A stretch of DNA of 37,723 bases from an uncultured Clostridia bacterium. GTDB lineage: Bacteria > Bacillota > Clostridia > TANB77 > CAG-508. The notes beneath the pieces were generated by a model, which saw nothing but the letters and a program-made list of their open reading frames with translations, had not been told where the DNA came from and did no database searches. Made by a program: the position numbers and the translations under genes. The DNA lies in contig CALXCC010000003.1 of assembly GCA_944386705.1 (NCBI GenBank), forward strand, positions 1-37,723. The letters are read 5' to 3'. This document shows, one piece after another, positions 37,099 through 37,723 of this stretch (its first letter is position 1; the number at the start of each line of letters is the position of its first letter).

Positions 37099-37723
37099 AT
37101 GGTTAGAATTACTAATATTAAAATTTACGAAAATATTTCTAACGAAGAAGTTTTTAAAATTGCTATAAATAAATATAAAATTAATCGTAATGATATTTTA
37201 GAATGGCAAATTTCAAAAAAATCAATTGATGCCAGAAAAAAAGACGATGTTCATTTTATTTATTCTATTGATTTAAAACTAAAAAATGAATCTCATTATA
37301 AAAGGTTAACTCCGATTAAAGAATTTAAAATGCCAAAAATAAATTTAAACAATAAAGAAAATAAAAAAGTAGTTATTATAGGTGCTGGACCTAGTGGTCT
37401 TTTTTCTGCCCTTACATTAGTTCAAAATGGACTTTCTCCTATTATAATTGAACAAGGAGAACCTATCGAAAAAAGGAAAGAAACAGTTGACATTTTTAGA
37501 AAAGAAGGAAAATTAAATCCTCTTTCTAATGTTCAATTTGGAGAAGGTGGCGCTGGTACTTTTTCTGATGGAAAATTAACTACAGGAATAAATAGTCCTT
37601 TTTGTAAAAAAGTATTAGAAGAGTTTGTTAATTTTGGAGCTCCAGAAGAAATTTTATATTTGTCTAAACCTCATATAGGAACAGACCTATTAATAGATGT
37701 TATTAGAAATATTAGAGAATATA
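37099..37723 (+). CDS. FAD/NAD(P)-dependent oxidoreductase (COG2509-like), partial; runs off the window
   Basis: AGGAGG RBS; KKSIDAR, VIIGAGPSGLF, SNVQFGEGGAGTFSDGKL, KPHIGTD. No stop before the window end. Confidence 0.85.
   Translation, partial: MVRITNIKIYENISNEEVFKIAINKYKINRNDILEWQISKKSIDARKKDDVHFIYSIDLKLKNESHYKRLTPIKEFKMPKINLNNKENKKVVIIGAGPSGLFSALTLVQNGLSPIIIEQGEPIEKRKETVDIFRKEGKLNPLSNVQFGEGGAGTFSDGKLTTGINSPFCKKVLEEFVNFGAPEEILYLSKPHIGTDLLIDVIRNIREY

Overview
A very AT-rich chromosomal segment from a spore-forming Firmicute, probably Clostridia. It carries housekeeping genes (tig-clpP-clpX, rpmB, mtnN, glmS with its ribozyme, truA, cdaA, pdp, rnhB, htrA, a ClpE/ClpC-like ATPase, pgsA, rplM-rpsI, tcdA), sporulation genes (bofA, yaaL, bofC-like, yunB, sipL-like, veg, yabG, spoIIID), comEC, a pilin-like gene, an orphan VirD4/TraG-like ATPase and one intact IS4-type element with a 10-bp target duplication. 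Main observation: five otherwise intact conserved genes (truA twice, htrA, comEC, yunB twice, tcdA) are interrupted at seven sites, all of the same kind. Each site is an in-frame CGG codon where skipping the C (CGG-N read as GGN, Gly) restores the frame at a Gly position that fits the family motif. On a manual scan these seven are the only in-frame CGG codons in the window's genes. This suggests CGG is not read as Arg here and instead acts as a +1 frameshift or 4-nt Gly signal. A systematic sequencing artefact still has to be excluded. All family assignments are by eye from motifs; no database search was run.
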